22,102 nt of DNA from a bacterium (GTDB lineage Bacteria; Fidelibacterota; Marinisomatia; Marinisomatales; UBA1611). Shown piece after piece: positions 1 to 8,353 of the stretch; the stretch's first letter is position 1, and each line of letters opens with the position of its first letter. The translations under genes and the position numbers were made by a program. Under the pieces are notes generated by a model that was not told the origin of the DNA, made no database searches, and saw nothing but the letters and a program-made list of their open reading frames with translations. The stretch is from assembly GCA_038127595.1 (NCBI GenBank), contig JAYPIC010000007.1, positions 1-22,102 of the forward strand, read 5' to 3'.

Positions 1-158
1 ATCTTTTCCTTAATGAGTATTGCCTCTTCAATCGCGTAATTATCAGGAGGGTTCATAACGAATGTAGCACTACTATCATCAATCCATTTTTGATCTTGAG
101 AAATTTCAAGAGCCGATTCGGACCCAACAACTTGCTTTACTAGTACTGCGATTTTCAT
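1..158 (-). CDS. etfB: Electron transfer flavoprotein subunit beta (FixA family), 5' part; runs off the left edge
   Basis: Not in the ORF track. My translation from the ATG at 158-156 is MKIAVLVKQVVGSESALEISQDQKWIDDSSATFVMNPPDNYAIEEAILIKEK. It matches the ETF-beta N-terminus (MKIxVxVKQV...MNPxDxxAIEEA). Confidence 0.92.
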   Translation of the reverse strand, partial: MKIAVLVKQVVGSESALEISQDQKWIDDSSATFVMNPPDNYAIEEAILIKEK

Positions 159-335
159 GTATAATTATATATCATCACAGTTTAAATTTAACAAATTAAT
201 AATTACAAAAAAAATCAGTGGCCATACATGATTTCCGATATAATTCTTAATTCAATTTTTGTCTTAGGTAGTATTGTATTTTTATATTGCCTATGGATAC
301 TCTGGGCAAGGTCAAATCAAAAAAAATAAAGCGCT

Positions 336-364
336 TTGATACATGCTAAGGAATTAATTAGTTT
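336..364 (+). promoter_or_regulatory. Putative sigma70-type promoter for the 630-aa gene
   Basis: TTGATA (336-341), 17 nt, TAGTTT (359-364), preceded by an A-tract resembling an UP element. Strong SD AAGGAGG at 421-427. Confidence 0.45.
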
Positions 365-432
365 TAGGGATAAATGTTAATTCATTGCTACGCTAATCGT
401 GGCTGAGACAATAATTAATCAAGGAGGAATAA

Positions 433-2325
433 ATGAGAAAACTGTTATATGTTTTTCTTTCAATTATTATAAGCTACTCAAACATACAAGCTCAATCTAT
501 AGAAGGTAACTTTGAACTAGATAGTTTGGTCGTTGAATATACAATTGTGGCTAGAGATATCGAACAGGTCGGTAACGACGGTAACATTCATATCACTACA
601 TATGATGAAGAAGAGGCTACCTATGATGTTACGGTAGGTTGGCCAATTGCTGGTGATGATGGGATTTTTGATTTTTCATTACCCTATTGGGATATCGGTG
701 ACACCATGGCAGTAACAAAAGTGCCATTAGGCTCTGCAGCTGCTTTAGCAGCTTTTGGTTTAGGCCTAAATGTAGATTTTACTGATGGAGCATATACTGT
801 AAATCAAGGAAGTGTATACCCAACCACAAATACAGAAAATTGTGTTACTTCTCAAGTATTTTTACCAATTCAAGACCAAGGCGTTTGGGACAATGGCGGA
901 CATGACCCAATTTTGCTACCTGGCAACAAAGTTAAATGGGGTTGGGCTATAATTGAGTCTGGTATCTTTGCAAATTTTAAAGCACCTAACATGAATACAG
1001 ATGTTTATGGTGTGGACTATGGTGCAGGAACTGATATGGAAAGCTGGGGATATTTCCAAGCTAACTATATTGATGATACATATTCTGCAGTAGATGGACT
1101 AAATATTGGCTGGGAAGCTCATGATGGTGTCGAAGCTGATCTAGGAGTAGTAAGCGATGGAGATCCTTACTACGTACAAGCTGAAGCTGAATTAGGATTA
1201 ATGAATGGCATGTTGGGAAGAAGTGAATTACCTGTTGACTCTGTTACCATTCCAACATTAGCTGCTCTTGCTGCTGCAAACGGTATTACAGTTCATGTCC
1301 CTACAGAAAATACTCCATTTGCTGCTGGTGCAACCGGGATTGATCTTGACCAAGATGGCACTCCCGATGGTGCCACTAGCTCAGACTTCTTTTATGTCTT
1401 TGATCCTACAGGCGACGTCCTAGGTGGCGGAGATGGTGTTCCGTTTAGTGGAGATGAAGGTTTACAATATACTGGTTACTATGCTACTTGGAATACATTG
1501 ATAACTTTAAATGGTATCGAGGCTGGTGTAACGGCCGCTGCAATGGGAGGCGCATTAGTAGACCCAATGGCGCCAAACATTCCAATGATTGTTGATTCTG
1601 TTCTTGCTTACACACTTTATTATTGGGATATGTCTGATGCAACTTTAGCAGCTGTAGAGGCAGCTGGCGTAGCAAGTGCCGCAGTAACACAAGTTGGAAC
1701 ATGGCTTGCAGGAGGAATGGGTTTAGAAGATGTAGCGAATGCTCTTTTACCTTACATACTTGGTAATGTCACAGGACTTCAAGCTCAAGCTACCGCAGCA
1801 GGAACCCCGTTAACATACGAAAATGGTGACCCGGTCATCGTTGATGATTCAGGCCATGATCTAGATACTGCAGATTTCCAGTGGGAAAATGCATACTACT
1901 ATGGCGAGCTATGGAATAATAAAGGTGGAAGACTTTATGTTCAAAGTTATGCAAATTGCTTCCCAGCTAAATGGACTCAACGTGTAGATTCACACTGGTC
2001 TTATATGGGCGCTTTGAGCACCGTAAATGACAACAATATCACTGTTGATAGGTTCGAATTAAAAGGAAATTATCCAAATCCTTTTAATCCAACTACTAAA
2101 ATACGATTCACCAATGATAGAAGCAGTAATGTGAAAGTAACTGTCTATGCATTGAACGGTGAAAAAGTTGCTACCATTATGAACAGAAACGTTAATGCTG
2201 GCGCATATGATGTGTCATGGAATGGTAGAAATTCAAATGGTTCGATTGTCCCTACAGGTATGTACTTGTATGATGTTGAGTCTGATGGTAGAAGACTACA
2301 AGGTAAAATGTTATTCCTTAAGTAA
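433..2325 (+). CDS. Secreted, highly acidic protein of unknown function with C-terminal FlgD-Ig / T9SS type A-like sorting domain
   Basis: N-terminal Sec signal (MRKLLYVFLSIIISYSNIQA). C-terminal FELKGNYPNPFNPTTKIRF...VTVYALNGEKVATI...WNGRNSNG..VPTGMYLY...KMLFLK is the typical FCB-group C-terminal domain. Contains a DLDQDG (DxDxDG) motif. Good SD. The body is not recognised. Confidence 0.85.
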   Translation: MRKLLYVFLSIIISYSNIQAQSIEGNFELDSLVVEYTIVARDIEQVGNDGNIHITTYDEEEATYDVTVGWPIAGDDGIFDFSLPYWDIGDTMAVTKVPLGSAAALAAFGLGLNVDFTDGAYTVNQGSVYPTTNTENCVTSQVFLPIQDQGVWDNGGHDPILLPGNKVKWGWAIIESGIFANFKAPNMNTDVYGVDYGAGTDMESWGYFQANYIDDTYSAVDGLNIGWEAHDGVEADLGVVSDGDPYYVQAEAELGLMNGMLGRSELPVDSVTIPTLAALAAANGITVHVPTENTPFAAGATGIDLDQDGTPDGATSSDFFYVFDPTGDVLGGGDGVPFSGDEGLQYTGYYATWNTLITLNGIEAGVTAAAMGGALVDPMAPNIPMIVDSVLAYTLYYWDMSDATLAAVEAAGVASAAVTQVGTWLAGGMGLEDVANALLPYILGNVTGLQAQATAAGTPLTYENGDPVIVDDSGHDLDTADFQWENAYYYGELWNNKGGRLYVQSYANCFPAKWTQRVDSHWSYMGALSTVNDNNITVDRFELKGNYPNPFNPTTKIRFTNDRSSNVKVTVYALNGEKVATIMNRNVNAGAYDVSWNGRNSNGSIVPTGMYLYDVESDGRRLQGKMLFLK

Positions 2326-2354
2326 TCTTTACTGATCTATTATTATAACATTAC

Positions 2355-2394
2355 AAAAACAGCCTCTTGCTAAAAACGAGAGGCTGTTTTTTTT
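2355..2394 (+). terminator. Rho-independent terminator after the 630-aa gene
   Basis: AAAAACAGCCTCTTG-ctaaaaa-CGAGAGGCTGTTTTT stem with a T8 tract. Confidence 0.88.
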
Positions 2395-2418
2395 AAAATA
2401 ATAAACGAATAAAATTTC

Positions 2419-5400
2419 ATGCGCGCTGTTATACTAAATCTATTTCTAATAAATTTAATTTTTGCCCAAACCTATAGGCTTGAAGGTGAAATATTAGATG
2501 CTTCAAATAAATCTGCATTACCCTTTGCCAATGTAATATTAGAGGGGACAACCCTTGGGTCTGCATCAGATGCTAATGGCAAGTTCAGTATTGAGAAGAT
2601 CAATGCAGGCACTTATACTATCATCGCTTCTTACATGGGGTACTCTACTATTAAAACCCCAATCACTGTTCCTAATAAAGATGGTATAATTACTATATTG
2701 CTAGAACCTGAGGCAATTCAATTAGATGAATATGTAGTTACTGCATCAAGAAGAAGAGAACGAATTGAAGATGCACCAGCTGCAATATCAGTTATCTCTA
2801 AAAAAGAAATAAGAAGAGAGAGTAATACAAACTTAGGTGATTATCTAAAAGGCACCAAAGGTATAGATTTCACACAATCTGGTATTGACAGTTACAATAT
2901 GACGGCAAGAGGCTTTAATTCATCTTTTAGTTCTAGGCTTTTGACATTAACTGATGGAAGAATGGCTAATGTACCTTCGCTACGTTTAACTGCATATAAC
3001 GTTATTCCGGTCTCTTTCGATGATGTTGAACAAATTGAAGTAGTCTTAGGTCCCTCTTCTGCTCTTTACGGTCCTAATGCACATAGTGGAGTTTTAAATA
3101 TTGTCACCAGCTCTCCATTAAGATCTCAAGGTACTAAGTTTAATTTTCAGACTGGTTATCTTAACCAACCTAATACTAGACCTTTAGAAAAATATACTTT
3201 TCGAACTGCTCATAAATTTAACAATTTTGGAATAAAACTTTCTGCAGTAGCACTAACAGGAGAAGATTGGAGACACTATAACGAAGATGAGTATGAAGGA
3301 CATTCACCATCTTTTATTGGAAGAAGTAATTTAGTTCATAATAGAGTAGAGGATGGCGCAAATGCTGGCGAGTTTGGTAGTCCGAGGATGCCCGTGGAAT
3401 GGCTGACTGGTGAAATTGATGGTAATGGAAAAGATGATAACGGCAATGGCTTCATAGATGAAAACTTAAGTTGGGGTACTGGAGATATTGAAAATTGGAC
3501 TGGACCTAAAATTGGCGATGGTGTTGATAACTTAATTTTTACTGATGCTGAAGCTGGCTCTCCTGTAATTGACTCAGCCATGGTTCAGATTGCTTTAAAT
3601 GACCCCTATGGCAGATATATTTTAGATAATGGCATTGTACTTTATGATGTTGGTTACGAAGACATTGGTAGAGGGTATATAGATGGAATTGATAATGATG
3701 GCGATGGGCAAATAGATGAGGGCATAGATTTAGGAATCGACGAACCAGGAGAAATATGGTTTGATGGTATTGATAATGATGGGGATGGGCAGATTGACGA
3801 AGAGGATGAGACAGGCACTGTTTGGCTTAAAAGGTTTGGTACATACTATGGAGATTGGAGCATTGATAAAGGAGGTTTCGGCGAATATAAATTTGATGAT
3901 GAAGGCAACATAATATTTGACACTAACAATAACGGCTTATACAATGATAATTGGAGATCCGATGGAATAGATAATGATGAAGATGGTATTATAGATGAAA
4001 ATGATGAAGCTGATTTTGTAATGAACTACGGAGGGCTTCCTAAATTACGTTATGATGCTAATGATGATGGCATTGACGATTTTCCAGATTTTAATGTGAA
4101 AAATGTACGTTATGATCTAAGGTTAGATTGGGAGCCTAATTCAGATATCACAGCCAGTCTATCTCATGGCTATGCTTGGGCTAAAAATATTAATATTACT
4201 GGAATTGCAAGATACTTAGCAGATGGTTGGATATATAGATACTATCAAGGAAAACTGCGATATAAAAATCTTTTTCTACAAACATACCTAAATACAAGCT
4301 TTTCTGGAGAAGATGATAGAGCTACAAGAAATTTGGCAACAGGTGGCGTTATTTATGACCGCTCAAAAAAGTTCAGTTTACAACTACAACATTACATAGA
4401 AAGAATGAATGGCGATTTTAGATTTGTTTGGGGATTAGATTATTTTCTAACTCTTCCAGATACCAGAGGAACAATTTTATCAGATAGTGATATAACAGAT
4501 AACCGAGATAATAATGGCAATGGTGAAGCAGGATCTCCAAATCATTATTATGATGAAGATGATAGTTTTTTCTATGATGAAGGTGAGGCATATAGAAATA
4601 TTGATTCGCTTAATCAAATTTCAAATTATAATCCAACTGCCATATGGGGGTCAAACCCATATGATGCCAACTTATTTTCTGGCGATAACGTCCAAGGCGC
4701 TGTTGGGGATAATTTAGATAATGATAGAGACAGTGATGATTTTAATGATGTAGATGGGAATGGTTTCCCATGGACTGATAATAATGGCAATGGTGTATTT
4801 GATGTCGGGATTGATGCTGTAGAGGAAGGCGCTAGATTAATTAATGGAACACATATTTTTGTTTATGCCGATGGAATTGATAATGATGGAGATGGGAAAA
4901 CAGATGAAAACATTGATGAAGGCATCGATGAAAAATCAGAAGACAATCGCTATAAAGTGAATGAGTTTGGGGCTTACTATCAGTTGAACTGGAAACTAAA
5001 TGATAAACTAGAATTTATCCAAGCTACACGCTTAGACGTCCACGATAGGTTAACTAATTTTTTAGAATTTAATAATCAGGGTTATAATGATTCATATAGC
5101 CCAACAAATTGGAATTTTAATTTTAATAAAACAGATGGTTTACAAATTTCACCAAAATTTGGACTTTCATTTAAACCAAAAGAAAATCAGAATTTTAGAC
5201 TTACTTGGGCTAAAGCTTTTAATACTCCATCGAATCAGGCTCTATTTCTTGATATCTTCGTAACAAGAATTTCCATTTTTAAAGTTTATGCAAAAGGGTC
5301 CTACGGTGGATATAACTACACAACAAATCAAAATGGAAATAATGTATGGTTTGAATTTGATGAAGGTTTATACAGACCAATGGATTCTACAAAAATTTTC

Positions 5401-6234
5401 TTTTTCCCATCTGTTGATCCAAAAATCAAAGGATATTTTAGTAGTAAGTTGCAAGACCAGCCTGAGCTAGAGCCAGAAATTGTTAGTACATGGGAGGTAG
5501 GATATAAGGGCAGGCTAGCTAGTAATATTTTTGGAACCCTTGATTTGTATACAAGTCACTACACTAGCTTTGTTAGTGGAGCAACGTTTATAAGCCCATT
5601 AGTTTTAAGAAAATCAATTTTGACTGATGACTATAATCAGAACGGTATAACAAATATTGATGGCGCTGATGGGCAAGTAATAATAAACGACCAAGAGGAT
5701 TATGATGAAGCATTAGACTTTTGGCGTCAGGGCCTTGTAGGAGTGACGGCAACCAGTGATACAATTCCAGGCGCTCCCCCTCCCGTTGTTATCGGCTTTT
5801 TGAATTATGGAGAAGTTGATATTTGGGGTTTTGATGGTAGTTTAGCTATTTTTCTTAGCAGAAAATGGAATATGGACCTTACATACTCTTTTATGGGCAC
5901 AACAGAATTCTTAAACCCGTTAACCAAAGCAAAAGAATCAGTAAATGCTCCTAAACATAAAGCCGGATTGAAAATTCAGTACAACCCGACTAAATATCCA
6001 CTAACGGTATCTTTGAATGGTAGATACGTTGATAGCTTTGATTGGTCATCTGGAATTTATTACGGTAAAATAAATGCGTATTCAATATTTGATCTTCACC
6101 TGGGCTATGAAATAAATAAGAATATTAAAATGAATTTTACTATTAACAATTTATTGGACCATAACCATACTGAAATTATTGGTGGACCTTCACTTGGAAG
6201 AGTAATGATGCTGCGCTTAGAAACTAAGCTGTAA
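2419..6234 (+). CDS. TonB-dependent outer-membrane receptor (carboxypeptidase-regulatory-like N-domain, plug, beta-barrel) with large acidic repeat insertions
   Basis: Signal peptide. N-domain LEGEILDA...LPFANVILEGTTLGSASDANGKFSI...GTYTIIASYMGY. TonB box LDEYVVTASRR. Plug motifs ARGFN...LTLTDGR and IEVVLGPSSALYGPNAHSGVLNIVT. Barrel motifs LEPEIVSTWEVGYKG and FDLHLGYE...INNLLD...GRVMMLRLETKL. Confidence 0.93.
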   Translation: MRAVILNLFLINLIFAQTYRLEGEILDASNKSALPFANVILEGTTLGSASDANGKFSIEKINAGTYTIIASYMGYSTIKTPITVPNKDGIITILLEPEAIQLDEYVVTASRRRERIEDAPAAISVISKKEIRRESNTNLGDYLKGTKGIDFTQSGIDSYNMTARGFNSSFSSRLLTLTDGRMANVPSLRLTAYNVIPVSFDDVEQIEVVLGPSSALYGPNAHSGVLNIVTSSPLRSQGTKFNFQTGYLNQPNTRPLEKYTFRTAHKFNNFGIKLSAVALTGEDWRHYNEDEYEGHSPSFIGRSNLVHNRVEDGANAGEFGSPRMPVEWLTGEIDGNGKDDNGNGFIDENLSWGTGDIENWTGPKIGDGVDNLIFTDAEAGSPVIDSAMVQIALNDPYGRYILDNGIVLYDVGYEDIGRGYIDGIDNDGDGQIDEGIDLGIDEPGEIWFDGIDNDGDGQIDEEDETGTVWLKRFGTYYGDWSIDKGGFGEYKFDDEGNIIFDTNNNGLYNDNWRSDGIDNDEDGIIDENDEADFVMNYGGLPKLRYDANDDGIDDFPDFNVKNVRYDLRLDWEPNSDITASLSHGYAWAKNINITGIARYLADGWIYRYYQGKLRYKNLFLQTYLNTSFSGEDDRATRNLATGGVIYDRSKKFSLQLQHYIERMNGDFRFVWGLDYFLTLPDTRGTILSDSDITDNRDNNGNGEAGSPNHYYDEDDSFFYDEGEAYRNIDSLNQISNYNPTAIWGSNPYDANLFSGDNVQGAVGDNLDNDRDSDDFNDVDGNGFPWTDNNGNGVFDVGIDAVEEGARLINGTHIFVYADGIDNDGDGKTDENIDEGIDEKSEDNRYKVNEFGAYYQLNWKLNDKLEFIQATRLDVHDRLTNFLEFNNQGYNDSYSPTNWNFNFNKTDGLQISPKFGLSFKPKENQNFRLTWAKAFNTPSNQALFLDIFVTRISIFKVYAKGSYGGYNYTTNQNGNNVWFEFDEGLYRPMDSTKIFFFPSVDPKIKGYFSSKLQDQPELEPEIVSTWEVGYKGRLASNIFGTLDLYTSHYTSFVSGATFISPLVLRKSILTDDYNQNGITNIDGADGQVIINDQEDYDEALDFWRQGLVGVTATSDTIPGAPPPVVIGFLNYGEVDIWGFDGSLAIFLSRKWNMDLTYSFMGTTEFLNPLTKAKESVNAPKHKAGLKIQYNPTKYPLTVSLNGRYVDSFDWSSGIYYGKINAYSIFDLHLGYEINKNIKMNFTINNLLDHNHTEIIGGPSLGRVMMLRLETKL
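3682..4908 (+). repeat. Four dispersed coding repeats DGIDND[G/E]DGxxDE (3682-3720, 3763-3801, 3961-3999, 4870-4908) plus several degenerate Dx[DN]x[DN]G copies inside the receptor
   Basis: Seen directly in the protein and DNA (gatggaattgataatgatgg... copies with synonymous differences). Confidence 0.9.
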
Positions 6235-6296
6235 TTCTGTTTTCATTTAGTAGTATTATTTTTGACTAAAATCATTTCTAATAGGCATAAAATTCT

Positions 6297-6896
6297 GTGA
6301 TAGACAAGATCATAGAATTAGATAAAGCCTTAATGATATTTTTAAATAAAAATATCTCTAATTCTTTATTTGATGTAATTATGCCAATAATTACAAGTAA
6401 AGATTTTCTAACAGTCATAGGTTTAATTCTTATTTTTTATTTGGTGATATTTTGTGGAAAGCGAGGTAGAATCGCTATTTTAGTTTTGATTTTTGCTGCG
6501 GGAGCCTCCGATGCAATTTGTGCACAAATTATTAAACCATGGATAGGAAGAATAAGACCCTCCCATGAATTTATTGAATTTATAAATTTGCTAGTCTCAA
6601 AAGGAGGAAAGTGGAGTTTTCCTTCAAATCATGCAGCCAATAGTTTTGCTTTTGCAACTGTGCTATCTTATTTTTTTGATCATAAAAAAAGCATTCTTTT
6701 TACTACTGCTTCCATAATTGCTTTCTCTAGGGTATACGTAGGGGTGCACTACCCGCTAGATATTATTTTTGGTGCGATAATAGGTTATATCCTATCTTGG
6801 ATTGTATTATCTATTTGGGTGATAATAAAAATGAGAGAATTAAAAAGAGGTAGAATGTGGGTGTGGTATGCTAATGACACTCCACCAACAATTTAA
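6297..6896 (+). CDS. PAP2-family membrane phosphatase (undecaprenyl-PP / lipid phosphatase-like)
   Basis: All three PAP2 motifs are present: KPWIGRIRP (K-x6-RP), FPSNH and SRVYVGVHYPLD. Several TM segments. GTG start. Confidence 0.92.
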   Translation: MIDKIIELDKALMIFLNKNISNSLFDVIMPIITSKDFLTVIGLILIFYLVIFCGKRGRIAILVLIFAAGASDAICAQIIKPWIGRIRPSHEFIEFINLLVSKGGKWSFPSNHAANSFAFATVLSYFFDHKKSILFTTASIIAFSRVYVGVHYPLDIIFGAIIGYILSWIVLSIWVIIKMRELKRGRMWVWYANDTPPTI

Positions 6897-7219
6897 TTCG
6901 GCATATTCTCATCTGGTGGGTTAACACCAAATGGGGAAAAACCATCCTCATTATTAGGTAACTTAATTTCACCATGCTTTGATTCAAACTTGCTTATGTT
7001 ATCATTCAATGCTTTTAAGAAAGTTTTAGCGTGTGGCGGCGCCATAATTATTCTTGAGTGAACTTTCGCCTTAGGGACTCCTGGTAGTATCCTAGTAAAA
7101 TCTAAAACAAATTCAGCTGGAGAATGCGTAACAACAACAAAATTTGCATATTCTCCACTACTAACATCCGCATCCAGCTCAATATTAATTTGCTGCATAT
7201 TTTTCTTTTTATTTTCCAT
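6893..7219 (-). CDS. DUF3467-family protein
   Basis: QQINIELDADVSSGEYANFVVVTHSPAEFVLDFTRILPGVPKAKVHSRIIMAPPHAK..LKAL.DNI.KFE..HGEI is the recognisable family pattern. SD GAGG upstream. Confidence 0.85.
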   Translation of the reverse strand: MENKKKNMQQINIELDADVSSGEYANFVVVTHSPAEFVLDFTRILPGVPKAKVHSRIIMAPPHAKTFLKALNDNISKFESKHGEIKLPNNEDGFSPFGVNPPDENMPN

Positions 7220-7232
7220 TTTTATCCCTCAT

Positions 7233-7628
7233 TTATGAACCAGAGTTTTCAAAATCTCTTTCGTTAAAGTCTTCCCACTCATCATTTAGACCTTCAAATT
7301 GAGAATATTCTTTTATGTTTTCATCAGTTTTGTCTTCTGGTAAAAGTTCATTTTCATAGATATTGTAATGATCTTTCTTTTTCTCAAATTCACTTGGATC
7401 ACCCTCTTCTTCTTTAGTTTGATCCAAATCATCAACATCTTCACTGTAAACCTCTGGATCAAAAAAGTCTAAATTATCAACTATGCCATTTGCCATTAAA
7501 AACTCAAGAAAATCTAAAAATCTTCTGTCTTTTAAATCAGCTCTGCAATGAGGACATACTAGTGAATCTTGAAGATCTACCTCTTCAAGAGTATTTTCAC
7601 ATACGGGACAGATAATACCTTCTAACAT
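7233..7628 (-). CDS. Hypothetical zinc-ribbon protein with acidic C-terminal tail
   Basis: CPVC...CPHC pairs at the N-terminus and a D/E-rich C-half. SD AAGGA and a strong promoter lie upstream. Confidence 0.7.
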   Translation of the reverse strand: MLEGIICPVCENTLEEVDLQDSLVCPHCRADLKDRRFLDFLEFLMANGIVDNLDFFDPEVYSEDVDDLDQTKEEEGDPSEFEKKKDHYNIYENELLPEDKTDENIKEYSQFEGLNDEWEDFNERDFENSGS

Positions 7629-7655
7629 TAATTTTTCCTTTTTAAACCGGCGGGT

Positions 7656-7684
7656 AATATAGTTGTTGCATGATAATACGTCAA
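7656..7684 (-). promoter_or_regulatory. Near-consensus sigma70 promoter for the zinc-ribbon/DUF3467 pair
   Basis: Minus strand reads TTGACG, 17 nt, TATATT, then a GC-rich ACCCGCCGG. Confidence 0.7.
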
Positions 7685-7715
7685 CTTATTATATGGATAG
7701 AATTAATTTTTCTTA

Positions 7716-8264
7716 TCAAAATTTTACTCCCAAAAGACTTAAAATCTTTGAAAAGTAGCTTTCTAAGAATGCATTTTCTTTTCGCTCTAAGGTGATAGTG
7801 TAAATTTTTCTATTAATTAAAGAATCAAATCCTATTTTTAATGGAGCATCTAAATCGAAAAATAGCATTGAAGATGCTGCACAAAAGTTTGTATTTAAAT
7901 CAACAATTGCATCATAATTTTTTATCTTAATTTCATTTAAAAGGGATACTGATTTTATCGTGTTAAAATAATTTAAATCATTATCATTGTAGGTAAATAA
8001 ACTAACATTCTCCACATGAGGATAGAATGACTTAGACTTATCACTACAAATTAAACCAATCTCATAATCGGAAAGAGGGTTCTCAACTTTTACAAAATAA
8101 TTTATAACTTTTGCATCTTCTTTTTTTTCAGGCAAAAAGAATAAAACTGATCTTACTCCTCTACCTTCTTTGGTTATTTTGATATGAGGACTATCTTCTT
8201 TTTTAGAAAAAAGATTTTTCCAAAACAGATATATTTTAAATCTAATAGGTATATCCACAATCAA
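7716..8264 (-). CDS. Hypothetical protein resembling the N-terminal Rossmann half of GT9 glycosyltransferases (DUF6913-like)
   Basis: YDAIVDLN...LDAPLKIGFD resembles the GT9/DUF6913 'YDxxIDL...AxxRIGF' pattern. TTG start is uncertain. Confidence 0.5.
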   Translation of the reverse strand: MIVDIPIRFKIYLFWKNLFSKKEDSPHIKITKEGRGVRSVLFFLPEKKEDAKVINYFVKVENPLSDYEIGLICSDKSKSFYPHVENVSLFTYNDNDLNYFNTIKSVSLLNEIKIKNYDAIVDLNTNFCAASSMLFFDLDAPLKIGFDSLINRKIYTITLERKENAFLESYFSKILSLLGVKF

Positions 8265-8325
8265 ATATACTCACAATAAAATAAAACAAATTAAAAACTC
8301 TTTTTCATAGTGATATGTACTACAT

Positions 8326-8331
8326 TATAAT
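8326..8331 (+). promoter_or_regulatory. Putative -10 element for the mutase gene run
   Basis: Perfect TATAAT 22 nt before the ATG at 8354. The -35 is weak. Confidence 0.35.
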
Positions 8332-8353
8332 TGAAGGTTAATAATTACCTAAT

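Noticed and set aside
3682..4908. Repeated DNA in the receptor as a CRISPR array or DGR template/variable repeat pair
   Set aside because: Repeats are in frame, irregularly spaced and differ mainly at synonymous positions. No cas gene or reverse transcriptase is present.
1484..5470. Short track ORFs 1484-1702(-), 3336-3581(-), 4514-4717(+), 5288-5470(+)
   Set aside because: Fully nested in long, well-supported genes, with no motifs; shadow or off-frame ORFs.
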